Shown: in pieces, positions 21,959 to 30,339 of the stretch
Numbering within the stretch: the first letter of the stretch is position 1
Layout of the letters: each line of letters begins with the position of its first letter
From: Chloroflexota bacterium
GTDB lineage: Bacteria > Chloroflexota > Dehalococcoidia > Dehalococcoidales > RBG-16-60-22
NCBI GenBank assembly: GCA_016190695.1
Contig: JACPQC010000005.1
Coordinates: 1,873 to 65,872, forward strand
Direction of reading: 5' to 3'
Length of the DNA: 64,000 nucleotides
Position numbers and translations under genes: made by a program
Notes under the pieces: generated by a model
Told to the model about the DNA's origin: nothing
What the model saw: only the letters and a program-made list of their open reading frames with translations
The model's database searches: none

Positions 21959-22516
21959 TCAGCCGAATTTGACCTGGTAGCGGGCCTTGCCCTCCTGGTA
22001 GAGGTCACCGCCGTAGATATCATTTATCACCGTGGCCGGGAAGTCCTCTACCTCCAGCCTGAGCACCGCCTCCGCGCCCAGTTCCTCGTAGGCGATGACC
22101 TCTGCTCTCTTGATGCTCCTGGAGATGAGGGCGCCGGCCCCGCCGATGGCCGCCAGGTACACCGCCTCGTGCTTTTTCATGGCATCCTTGACCGCCGCCG
22201 AGCGCATCCCCTTGCCGATCATCCCCCTCAGCCCCCGGGCGATCAAGCGCGGGGAATAGGCGTCCATGCGCCCGCTGGTGGTAGGCCCGGCAGAGCCTAT
22301 CGCCTGCCCCGGCCTGGCCGGAGACGGCCCCATGAAGTAGACCGTCTGCCCCTTTACATCAAAAGGCAGCGGCTCGCCCCGGTCAAAGGCTTCGACCATC
22401 CTCTTGTGCGCGGCGTCGCGGGCCACGTACATCACGCCGGTCAGCAGCAACTCGTCACCGGCCCGCAGGTCTTGTAACGTCTCCTCAGTCAGAGGCAGTA
22501 CTACCTTCTTGATCAT
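21959..22516 (-). CDS. Fe-S fumarate hydratase, beta subunit
   Basis: ARDAAHKR, GPTTSGRMD, MIGKG, LGAEA. Confidence 0.92.
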   Translation of the reverse strand: MIKKVVLPLTEETLQDLRAGDELLLTGVMYVARDAAHKRMVEAFDRGEPLPFDVKGQTVYFMGPSPARPGQAIGSAGPTTSGRMDAYSPRLIARGLRGMIGKGMRSAAVKDAMKKHEAVYLAAIGGAGALISRSIKRAEVIAYEELGAEAVLRLEVEDFPATVINDIYGGDLYQEGKARYQVKFG

Positions 22517-22527
22517 CGTATCCCTTT

Positions 22528-23694
22528 CTATATGTTAACACCGTTCAGCAAGTCCCGCACTATCAACTCCTGTCCCAGCTTCAGGCCGCTTTCCTCCGCG
22601 CCGGCAGCGGCGGCATCACGGCACAGGCGCTCGACGGCCAGTCCGGGGCGGTGGGCGGGGCCGTTGAACACGTGCGATACAGCGTCGGCAACCCGGTCCA
22701 GCATCTGGGTAGCGACCAGCTTGACCGTGACCGACTCCCGCCGTACCGGCTTGCCCGCGTCTGCCCTGCAGGCGGCCTCGTAGACCACCAGCCTGGCCGC
22801 GTGGATACTTGCCGCCATGTCCGCCAGGGCGCGGCGGATGTCCGGCCTGACGGAAAGGGGCTGGCCGAAAGACTGCCAAGTTTGGGCGTGAGCGGCCGCT
22901 TCCTCAAGCAGACGCCGGGCCATGCCCACGCAGCGCGCGCCCCGCACGATGCGCCTCGCCGGCAGCCACTTCTGTCCCAGGTGGAAGGCCCTGCCCTCTT
23001 CTCCAAGCACGTTTTCAGGCTCCACACGGCACCCCTCGAAAGAGAGCAGCAGGGGACTCCTGGCCTGGGCCTGCCAGCCTGTTTTCTCGCCGTCACCGCT
23101 CACGCTGAGTCCTGGCGTCCCGCCGTCTACCAGGAAACAGGTCGGCCCCTCCCCGGCGCGGGCGAACACGACGGCGAACCAATCACCGCCGGCATGGCCC
23201 CGGCCCAGTGAAATCTTCCGGCCATCTATTACATTGTGGTCTTGCACCTTCATTGCGGCGCATTCCATGTCGGTGATGTCTTTCTTGCCCGGCTCCAGCA
23301 GCGCCAGGCAGGCCCATCTGCGCCGTTCCAGCACCGGCAGCAGGTATTTCTGCCTCTGCGGTCCGTTGCACTCGAACAATATCGGGCTGACGTTACCGAA
23401 ATCGAAGGGCGCCACTGTCCGGGCAAGCTCTTCCTCGACCAGGCAGTCGACCAGGACGCCCAGGCCCGCGCCGCCCAGTTCTTCCGGCACGCCGATAGCC
23501 CACAGCCCCACCTCCCTGGCCCTGGCCGCCAGGTCAGCTTCCACCTCCGGCGGCAAACCAGCGCGGGCATCGCTGAGGTCGGCGGCCCGGCCCAGCAAGT
23601 CCCGCTCCAGGGGCCTCAGCCGTTCATTCACGAAGTCGCGGGCCAGCCCCTGCACCATCTTCAGTTCTTCGGGTAGCTCAAAGTCCATATCCAT
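22528..23694 (-). CDS. Divergent acyl-CoA dehydrogenase-family protein
   Basis: MDFELPEE, PEELGGAG, VLGEEG, FGQPL, ERLCRD. FAD-binding motifs are degenerate. Confidence 0.75.
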   Translation of the reverse strand: MDMDFELPEELKMVQGLARDFVNERLRPLERDLLGRAADLSDARAGLPPEVEADLAARAREVGLWAIGVPEELGGAGLGVLVDCLVEEELARTVAPFDFGNVSPILFECNGPQRQKYLLPVLERRRWACLALLEPGKKDITDMECAAMKVQDHNVIDGRKISLGRGHAGGDWFAVVFARAGEGPTCFLVDGGTPGLSVSGDGEKTGWQAQARSPLLLSFEGCRVEPENVLGEEGRAFHLGQKWLPARRIVRGARCVGMARRLLEEAAAHAQTWQSFGQPLSVRPDIRRALADMAASIHAARLVVYEAACRADAGKPVRRESVTVKLVATQMLDRVADAVSHVFNGPAHRPGLAVERLCRDAAAAGAEESGLKLGQELIVRDLLNGVNI

Positions 23695-23714
23695 CCGCCG
23701 GTCTTTGGAGGCTA

Positions 23715-23778
23715 AAATCCTAAGCTCTAATATCTAAATCCTAAAGAATGCCAAAGCTCAAAGGACAAAATATCAAAA
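23715..23778 (+). repeat. AT-rich heptamer-periodic repeat arm
   Basis: AAATCCT AAGCTCT AATATCT AAATCCT AAAGAATGCC AAAGCTC...; inverted copies at 27967-28031 and 29440-29494. Confidence 0.8.
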
Positions 23779-23832
23779 CCAGACTTCCAGTCCCTCATAA
23801 CAGGCCGCCAGGTGTCAGAGGCTGTCCTACAA

Positions 23833-23956
23833 TGTCATCCTGGTTCCACTGAGTCACCACGAAGTGAACGAAGTGAAGGATCTCGGGGCGGATAGGTGGC
23901 CTATTCCCCACCCTTTCCCCGATATCCTTCGTTCGCTTTGCTCCCCCAGGATGACA
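23833..23956. repeat. TGTC-type REP palindrome
   Basis: TGTCATCCTGG...GAAGGATCTCGGGG...CCCCGATATCCTTC...CCAGGATGACA. Confidence 0.75.
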
Positions 23957-24059
23957 CACATTAATTGTACCTGGCAGATTTTTCAGGCAGTTCCGAGATA
24001 AATCAGTCTGTCTGGACTTGGGCTTTCCGACCAGAATGACCACTCAAGTATGCTTTCTA

Positions 24060-24509
24060 TTACCCCTGGCCCATCGCCTCCTCCAGGAGCAGGTCCAGGT
24101 CAGGCTCATCATCGCCCACCCGCTGCTCCAGGCGGGACATCACCTCGACCATGCGCCGGTTGACCAGATAGTACTTGATGGTGGTGTCCACCTGGGGGCA
24201 GGCCAGTACGCAGGCGCCGCACTGGTCGCAGTCCTCGCCCACCATGCTCTCCAGGGCCATCGAGGTGCGCTGCTCGGTCATGTCCCGGCGGGACGGCTCG
24301 CGGAGCAGCACGGGGCAGATATCCACGCAGTTGCCGCAGCCGAGGCACTCCTTGTGGCCGCTGATATCCTCTGTAATATTGAGGGCATGGGCCGGGCTGA
24401 AGCCGCTGGAGAGCAGGCGGCAGCGCCCCACCGGCGGGCTCTTGGTGTTGAGCACCCGGACCAGTATGCCTTCGATGCTGGCAACGTCGGTCTGTATTCT
24501 CAGCGGCAT
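24060..24509 (-). CDS. 2x[4Fe-4S] dicluster protein (HdrC-like spacing)
   Basis: CLGCGNCVDICP and CDQCGACVLACP. Confidence 0.8.
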   Translation of the reverse strand: MPLRIQTDVASIEGILVRVLNTKSPPVGRCRLLSSGFSPAHALNITEDISGHKECLGCGNCVDICPVLLREPSRRDMTEQRTSMALESMVGEDCDQCGACVLACPQVDTTIKYYLVNRRMVEVMSRLEQRVGDDEPDLDLLLEEAMGQG

Positions 24510-24518
24510 GTTTTCCCC

Positions 24519-26147
24519 TCAGGCCGGCCTTATACGGCCCACGTTCAGACTGCGCCTGGCATAATCAGGGAGCAGCAGCGGCGATGCCGGCCTCTGTCCG
24601 CTCAGTCTCGCCCGCTCAAGCTCCTGCTGCCAGTGACGCACGTGGTCCAGGGTGGGACTGCCCGGCCTCGATTCCCTGGCGAACTGGGCGGCGGCGCGGC
24701 CCGCCCTCCTGCCGAAGACAAAAATGTCCAGTGTGGAGTTGCCGATGAGCCGGTTGCGCCCGTGTATCCCCCCGGCGCACTCCCCGGCGGCGAACAGACC
24801 GGGCACCGTGGTCGCCCCGTTGACATCAATCTTGATCCCGCCGTTCTGGTAGTGCAGGGTGGGGTACACCAGCACCGGCTCCCTGGCGATATCTATGTGG
24901 TAACGGCGGAACTGGCGCACCATAGCCGGAAGCTCCCTGGCCACCGTGCCTTCGCCTCGTATCAGGTCTATCATGGGCGCGTCCAGCCAGACCCCCACCT
25001 CACCGGTGGGCGTCTCCACCCCCAGGCCGCGCTCCCGGCATTCCCGGATGATGGCTGCCGACACCACGTCACGCGGCTCAAGCGGCATGATGAACTGCTC
25101 ACCACCCCGGTTCACCAACTGCGCCCCCAGCGTCCTTACCTTCTCGGTGACCAGTTGGCCCAGTATCTGCACCGGATGGGCAACGCCGGTGGGATGGTAC
25201 TGCATGGTATCTATGAACACAAGCTCAGCGCCTGCCCGGTACGCCAGCACCAGGCCGTCAGCGGTGGCCCCATAGTGATTTGTGGTGGGGAAGCCCTGTA
25301 TGTGCAGCCGGCCCATGCCGCCGGTGGCCAGCACCACTGCCTTTGCCCGCACCAGCGTCAGATGTCCCGTCTCCAGGTCTATCAGGACAGCGCCAGCCGC
25401 CTGTCCCCTTTCATCGATGAGAAGCTCTGCCGCCGGCGAGAACTCCAGGCATTTTATGTTGCGGTTCCTCACCTCGTCGCGCAGGACGCGCATTTCCTCC
25501 AGTCCCGTATAGTCGCGCGCCGAGTGCAGCCTGAGCCGGGATGCGCCGCCGCCAGATAGCTCGTGCATGGAACCATCCGGCCTCTTGTCCCAGATGACGC
25601 CGAGGCCCTCCAGCCACTTTATGACTGAGGGGGCGTCTTTGACCAGCGCCTCGACCAGGTCCGGGTCGTTGGCGAAATGGCCGCCGCCGATGGTATCCAG
25701 ATAATGTATTGCCGGGGAGTCCTCGGTCCGGTCGGCGGCCTGTGTCCCCGCCTGAGCGCCGACAGTGTTGGCGTCGCCCAGCCGTAGCTTAGTAGCCAGC
25801 AGGACGTTGGCCCCGTTCTCCTGGGCCAGCAGCGCCGCCGACGCCCCGCCGCCACCACCGCCCACCACCAGCACGTCCACGTCATAATCAATCTTTTCCA
25901 GGTCCACTTTGTCGGGGTCGATGCGGATGTTGCCCTCGAGCAGGGCGGCAATCTCAACAGGAGTACTGTCGCCCCGGTTCGGCCCCACCTCCAGGCGGCG
26001 CATCCCCCCGGCGATGAAATCAGGATGGTGCGCCCGCAGCAGGGCGTCCTTTGCCTCTGTGCGCAGACGCGGCAGAACCTCTCTCAGCCGCCTCCCCCGG
26101 GTGGCCTCCACTTTTCGGATGCTCTGTTCCATATGCTGCGGGTACAT
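24519..26147 (-). CDS. sdhA: Succinate dehydrogenase/fumarate reductase flavoprotein subunit (soluble type)
   Basis: VVGGGGGG, LATGG, QYHPTG, TEKVR, PRDVVS, LHYQNGG, AAGEC, HGRNRLIGNS. Confidence 0.85.
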   Translation of the reverse strand: MYPQHMEQSIRKVEATRGRRLREVLPRLRTEAKDALLRAHHPDFIAGGMRRLEVGPNRGDSTPVEIAALLEGNIRIDPDKVDLEKIDYDVDVLVVGGGGGGASAALLAQENGANVLLATKLRLGDANTVGAQAGTQAADRTEDSPAIHYLDTIGGGHFANDPDLVEALVKDAPSVIKWLEGLGVIWDKRPDGSMHELSGGGASRLRLHSARDYTGLEEMRVLRDEVRNRNIKCLEFSPAAELLIDERGQAAGAVLIDLETGHLTLVRAKAVVLATGGMGRLHIQGFPTTNHYGATADGLVLAYRAGAELVFIDTMQYHPTGVAHPVQILGQLVTEKVRTLGAQLVNRGGEQFIMPLEPRDVVSAAIIRECRERGLGVETPTGEVGVWLDAPMIDLIRGEGTVARELPAMVRQFRRYHIDIAREPVLVYPTLHYQNGGIKIDVNGATTVPGLFAAGECAGGIHGRNRLIGNSTLDIFVFGRRAGRAAAQFARESRPGSPTLDHVRHWQQELERARLSGQRPASPLLLPDYARRSLNVGRIRPA

Positions 26148-26165
26148 CTCAGACTGCCTTCAACA

Positions 26166-26861
26166 TCAATAAGCCGCCTCTATATCTCGTTCCTCATAGC
26201 GACAGCGCAGCTCGTCAGGTCCCAGGCGTTTTAGCTCGGCCAGCTCATCATCAAATTTGCCCGCCTCGACCTGGGCTATCCGCTCCTCGAGGTGCCGGGA
26301 GCGCGGCGCCAGGTGACGGCCGTACAACCGGCGGCAGAGCAGGGCCACAAAATGGGGCGCGATCCCCTGGGGGCAGCGGGCGGCGCACAGGCCGCACATT
26401 ATACAGTCGAAGGAGCGGTCGGCTACTCCGGTGATGTCCCCCTTGAGCGCCCGTGACACGAATTCCATCACCTCAAGCTCCTGGGGACAGGCTTTGGTGC
26501 AGGTGTTGCAGCCCAGGCAGGTGATTAGCTCAGGGTAAAGCTCCAGTAGCTGTTCAGCGCTGGCTTCCAGCGTCTCCAGGTCGTAAAGAGCCTTCACCGC
26601 CGGGAAGAAGGGGATTTGCACCAGGCACATGTCCTGCTCCACCGTCTTCTGGCAGGCGAGGTCGAAGCGCAACCGGCGGTCGTTTGAGAAATTATAGACA
26701 GTGGCGCAGGCGCCGCAGAAACCGGCCCGGCAGCCGCAGCCGCGCACCAGCCGGTAGCCGCAGTGCTCCAGGGCCGCCATTATGGTCAGGCCTTCGGGCA
26801 CGCGGTAGTGTTTGCCCATAAAAGAGAAATCAACCAAAGAGGAAGACTCGCCCATCCCCAC
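26166..26861 (-). CDS. sdhB: Sdh/Frd iron-sulfur subunit
   Basis: GCRAGFCGAC...LACQ (2Fe-2S), CLGCNTCTKACP, CIMCGLCAARCP. Confidence 0.82.
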   Translation of the reverse strand: MGMGESSSLVDFSFMGKHYRVPEGLTIMAALEHCGYRLVRGCGCRAGFCGACATVYNFSNDRRLRFDLACQKTVEQDMCLVQIPFFPAVKALYDLETLEASAEQLLELYPELITCLGCNTCTKACPQELEVMEFVSRALKGDITGVADRSFDCIMCGLCAARCPQGIAPHFVALLCRRLYGRHLAPRSRHLEERIAQVEAGKFDDELAELKRLGPDELRCRYEERDIEAAY

Positions 26862-26868
26862 CCCCGTC

Positions 26869-27714
26869 CTACAAGACCGCCTCTTTGTGCCGGGCGCTGT
26901 GGCATTGCAGGTTTACCGCCACCGGCAGGCTGGCGATGTGGGCCGGGAAGACCTCGACGTGGACGGCCAGCGCCGTTACCCTGCCGCCGTAGCCCATCGG
27001 CCCGATACCCAGGCCGTTGACCCGCTCCAGTATCTCCGCTTCCAACCGGGCAGCCTCAGCATCGGGACTAGGCTCGCCGGCCCGGCGCAGCAGCGAATGT
27101 TTGGCCAGCATCATCGCTTTCTCGGCAGTGCCCCCGATGCCCACGCCCACGATTAGCGGCGGGCAGGGATTGCTGCCGGCCTCGTCCACCGCTTTCACCA
27201 CGAAATCGATTATCCCCTGCCGGCCCTGTGACGGAGACAGCATGCCCAGGCGGGCCATGTTCTCGGCGCCGCCCCCTTTAGGCATAACCGTTATCTTGAG
27301 CCTGTCACCGGGGACGATATCAACATGGATAATGGCCGGGGTGTTGTCCCTGGTGTTCGTCCGCTCGGAGAAGGGCCGCGCTGCCATCGATTTACGCAGG
27401 TAGCCCTCTTTATAGCCCCGCCTTACCCCTTCGTTTATGGCAGCGTAGAGGTCGCCGCCGGTGATGTGCGCCTCCTGCCCCATCTCCAGAAAGACCACAG
27501 CCGCGCCGGTGTCCTGGCACAACGGCGTCCCTTCCTCCGCTGAGACGGCGGCATTTTCCAGTATCCTGTCCAGCACATCCCGCCCCGCCTTTGATTCTTC
27601 GGCATCCCTGGCCCGCTTCAGGCAATCCAGCACATCATCGGGCAAGAACAGGTTGGCTTCCTGGAAGAGGCGGGAGACGGCATCGGTTATGGTTACGGTG
27701 TTGATTTCCCTCAT
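26869..27714 (-). CDS. Fe-S fumarate hydratase, alpha subunit
   Basis: PLCQDTG, PKGGGAEN, NPCPP, GIGPMGYGG, HIASLPVAVNLQCHSARH. Confidence 0.93.
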   Translation of the reverse strand: MREINTVTITDAVSRLFQEANLFLPDDVLDCLKRARDAEESKAGRDVLDRILENAAVSAEEGTPLCQDTGAAVVFLEMGQEAHITGGDLYAAINEGVRRGYKEGYLRKSMAARPFSERTNTRDNTPAIIHVDIVPGDRLKITVMPKGGGAENMARLGMLSPSQGRQGIIDFVVKAVDEAGSNPCPPLIVGVGIGGTAEKAMMLAKHSLLRRAGEPSPDAEAARLEAEILERVNGLGIGPMGYGGRVTALAVHVEVFPAHIASLPVAVNLQCHSARHKEAVL

Positions 27715-27726
27715 GATTTCCCGGTT

Positions 27727-27847
27727 AAATTCAAAGCACCAAGCCCTAAATTATAAACAAATTCAAAGTTCAAAATCCAAAGTTCAAAACTTTTGACATT
27801 TGATTCTTTGAACTTTGGCATTCTTTCGTATTCAGATGTTGGAGTTT
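27727..27847. repeat. Heptamer-periodic imperfect palindrome (both arms)
   Basis: ...AATCCAAAGTTCAAAAC TTTTGACATTTGATTCTTTGAACTTTGG...; near-identical to 29404-29494. Confidence 0.75.
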
Positions 27848-27966
27848 ATCAAGATGTTGAAATAGTCTCGATGAGTTTCCCCCTTTGAAAAGGGGGACCA
27901 ATGGGGATTCCCCTACCTCAAAATCCCTCTCTTATCTCCCTTTTCTAAAGGGAGACGAAACATCTT
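27847..27966 (+). mobile_element. Degenerate MITE-like element, copy of 48396-48555
   Basis: TATCAAGATGTTGAAATAG...GAGTTTCCCCCTTTG-AAAAGGGGG...TCAAAATCCCTCTC...TCCCTTT...AAAGGGAGACG shared with the 48.4 kb copy; right TIR not seen. Confidence 0.65.
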
Positions 27967-28031
27967 TTTTGACATTTGGCTCTTTGAACTTTGGCATTTG
28001 TTTAGGATTTAGATATTAGGGTTTAGGATTT
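27967..28031 (-). repeat. AT-rich heptamer repeat arm, inverted relative to 23715-23778
   Basis: Reverse complement is AAATCCTAAACCCTAATATCTAAATCCTAAACAAATGCCAAAGTTCAAAGAGCCAAATGTCAAAA. Confidence 0.8.
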
Positions 28032-28037
28032 TCAGCC

Positions 28038-29393
28038 TCACTCCGGCGGCGCCGGCGGGATCAGCCCCGATTTCATCAGCAGCGCCGTGGCCTCCCTGGC
28101 CTCGCCGATGGTCTTCTCGACCCTCGCGGTGAGTTCTTCTTTGCTCATCACCAGCCGGGCCACGCCCTGCTCGATGGCCTTCATGCCCACCGCCACCGCC
28201 TCCCTGACGAAGACCTCCCACTCTTCCATAGAAGGTATGATGTAGTCTTCGCTCAGGCCATGGTCCTCGGCGCACCTGGCCAGTTCATGAGCGGCGGCGA
28301 TGCACATCTCGTCGGTGATCGTGCTCGCCCGCACATCCAGCGCCCCCCGGAAGATGCCGGGAAAACCGACCGAGTTGTTCACCTGGTTGGGAAAGTCCGA
28401 CCGGCCTGTAGCCACGATGCGGAGTCCCGCCTCTTTGGCCTCCCAGGGCCAGATTTCGGGGACGGGGTTAGCGCAGAAAAAGGCGATGGCGTCTTCGGCC
28501 ATGCCCTTCAACCACTCCGCCTTGATGGTGTCCGGACCAGACTTCGACAGCGAAATACACACGTCGGCCCCTGTCAGCGCCTCGGGGATGCCGCCGGTGC
28601 GCCTCTCTGGATTGGTCTTCAGGCAAAGCTCCCATTTATACGGATTGGCCGCCTTGTCCGCCTCCAGGTCAGCCCGACCAGAATGTAAAATGCCATGTGT
28701 ATCAACTATGACCATGTTCTCCGGCCTGAAACCGTCAGTGAAGAGCACCCTGGCGATGGCCACGTTGGCAGCGCCCACCCCGACCATGGCGATCCGGGCG
28801 GACTCCTTCTCCTTGCCCACTATCTTGAGGGCGTTGGTCAATCCGGCCAGCGTCACCGCCGCCGTCCCCTGCTGGTCGTCATGCCAGACCGGAATTTCCA
28901 TCTCCCGGCGTAGCCTGTCCAGGATGTAGAAGCACTTGGGGTTGGCGATATCCTCAAGGTTGATTCCCCCGAAGGACGGCTGAAGCCATTTCACGGCACG
29001 TATCAGCTCGTCCGGGTCTTTGGTGTCGAGGCAAATGGGCACGGCGTCCACCCCACCCAGGTACTTGAACAGGAGCGCCTTGCCCTCCATGACCGGCATG
29101 GCCGCTTCCGGCCCGATGTCTCCCAGGCCGAGCACGCGCGTCCCGTCCGAGACAACGGCCACGGTGTTCCACTTGCTGGTAAGCTCATAGGCCTTGCTCC
29201 TGTCTGCCGCTATCATCTTGCACGGCTCGGCAACACCCGGCGTGTACCAGATGGCGAAGTCATTAAAATCGCGGATGACGCACCGGGGCAGGGTCTGCAT
29301 CTTCCCCCGGAAGAATTGGTGCAGCCTGGCCGCCTCTTCAGCCGGGCGGCCTGCCTTTGCCAGCATCTCTTCCTTGCTTATTTCGTGCAACAT
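28038..29393 (-). CDS. NAD(P)-dependent malic enzyme
   Basis: [58 protein letters not shown] at 29393 has SD GAGGG. Confidence 0.95.
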   Translation of the reverse strand: MLHEISKEEMLAKAGRPAEEAARLHQFFRGKMQTLPRCVIRDFNDFAIWYTPGVAEPCKMIAADRSKAYELTSKWNTVAVVSDGTRVLGLGDIGPEAAMPVMEGKALLFKYLGGVDAVPICLDTKDPDELIRAVKWLQPSFGGINLEDIANPKCFYILDRLRREMEIPVWHDDQQGTAAVTLAGLTNALKIVGKEKESARIAMVGVGAANVAIARVLFTDGFRPENMVIVDTHGILHSGRADLEADKAANPYKWELCLKTNPERRTGGIPEALTGADVCISLSKSGPDTIKAEWLKGMAEDAIAFFCANPVPEIWPWEAKEAGLRIVATGRSDFPNQVNNSVGFPGIFRGALDVRASTITDEMCIAAAHELARCAEDHGLSEDYIIPSMEEWEVFVREAVAVGMKAIEQGVARLVMSKEELTARVEKTIGEAREATALLMKSGLIPPAPPE

Positions 29394-29403
29394 TGCATCC
29401 CTC

Positions 29404-29494
29404 AAACAAGTCCAAATTACAAAATCCAAAGTTCAAAACTTTAACATTTGTCTTTGAACTTTGGCATTCTTCAGGATTTAGATATTAGAGTTTA
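29404..29494. repeat. Heptamer-periodic imperfect palindrome (both arms)
   Basis: CAAAATCCAAAGTTCAAAAC TTTAACATTTGTCTTTGAACTTTGGCATTCTTCAGGATTTAGATATTAGAGTTTA. Confidence 0.8.
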
Positions 29495-29920
29495 CAATAA
29501 TGGCTTGTTTTGAGCCACCGCTTTCCCGTGCTCAACAAGCTCAAGCAGCGCCCTGGCCCCCCTGGGATGTAGAAAGGCGATCCTGCTTGCCTCGACCCCC
29601 GCCCTGGGTTCAGCATCGACCACGGGGACGCCCTTTTCAGCGAGCGACCGCAGGGCAGCCTCGATGTCATCCACCTCAAAAGCCAGGTGGTGCAACCCCT
29701 CACCCTTCCGCTCGATATGCTTCGCTACCGGCCCGGCGGGATCGGTAGATTCCAGCAGCTCTATCTTGCTCTCGCCGAGCCGCATGATGGCCGTTTTTAC
29801 CTTCTGCTCTTCCGATACCTCTATGCTTTCAACTTTCAGACCCAGGACTTCGGTGTACAATTTCAGGGCGTTGTCAATTGACCTTACCGCGATGCCCACA
29901 TGGTCTATCTTATTTATCAT
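29492..29920 (-). CDS. mce: Methylmalonyl-CoA epimerase
   Basis: [36 protein letters not shown]. Confidence 0.92.
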   Translation of the reverse strand: MINKIDHVGIAVRSIDNALKLYTEVLGLKVESIEVSEEQKVKTAIMRLGESKIELLESTDPAGPVAKHIERKGEGLHHLAFEVDDIEAALRSLAEKGVPVVDAEPRAGVEASRIAFLHPRGARALLELVEHGKAVAQNKPLL

Positions 29921-30323
29921 TCGCTCCATCTGCCAGTCTGTCGTTGATGAACTCCACTATGGTATCGATAGAGGTTCCCGGCCCGAAGATCTCGGCGATC
30001 CCGGCCTCCTTCAGGGCAGGGATGTCCTTCCGGGGTATGATGCCGCCGCCGATGACGAGGATGTTCCGCCCTCCCCTTTCCCTGATGAGCTGCGCCGTCC
30101 TGGGGAAAAGGACCATGTGGGCGCCGGAGAGGCAGTCCAGGCCGACCACGTCCACATCTTCCTGTATAGCTGCATCGGCGATCTGCTCCGGCGTCAGCCG
30201 CAGCCCCAGGTAGACTACTTCCATCCCGGCGTCCCGTAGTCCACGCGCCACCACCTTGGCCCCCCGGTCATGGCCGTCCAGGCCGGGCTTGGCGATCAGG
30301 ACGCGCGTCTTTTTCTCCTGCAT
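29910..30323 (-). CDS. Methylmalonyl-CoA mutase, B12-binding subunit
   Basis: [13 protein letters not shown] (DxHxxG), GGGIIP, FGPGT. Confidence 0.93.
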   Translation of the reverse strand: MQEKKTRVLIAKPGLDGHDRGAKVVARGLRDAGMEVVYLGLRLTPEQIADAAIQEDVDVVGLDCLSGAHMVLFPRTAQLIRERGGRNILVIGGGIIPRKDIPALKEAGIAEIFGPGTSIDTIVEFINDRLADGANDK

Positions 30324-30339
30324 CGATATCCCCCGAATC

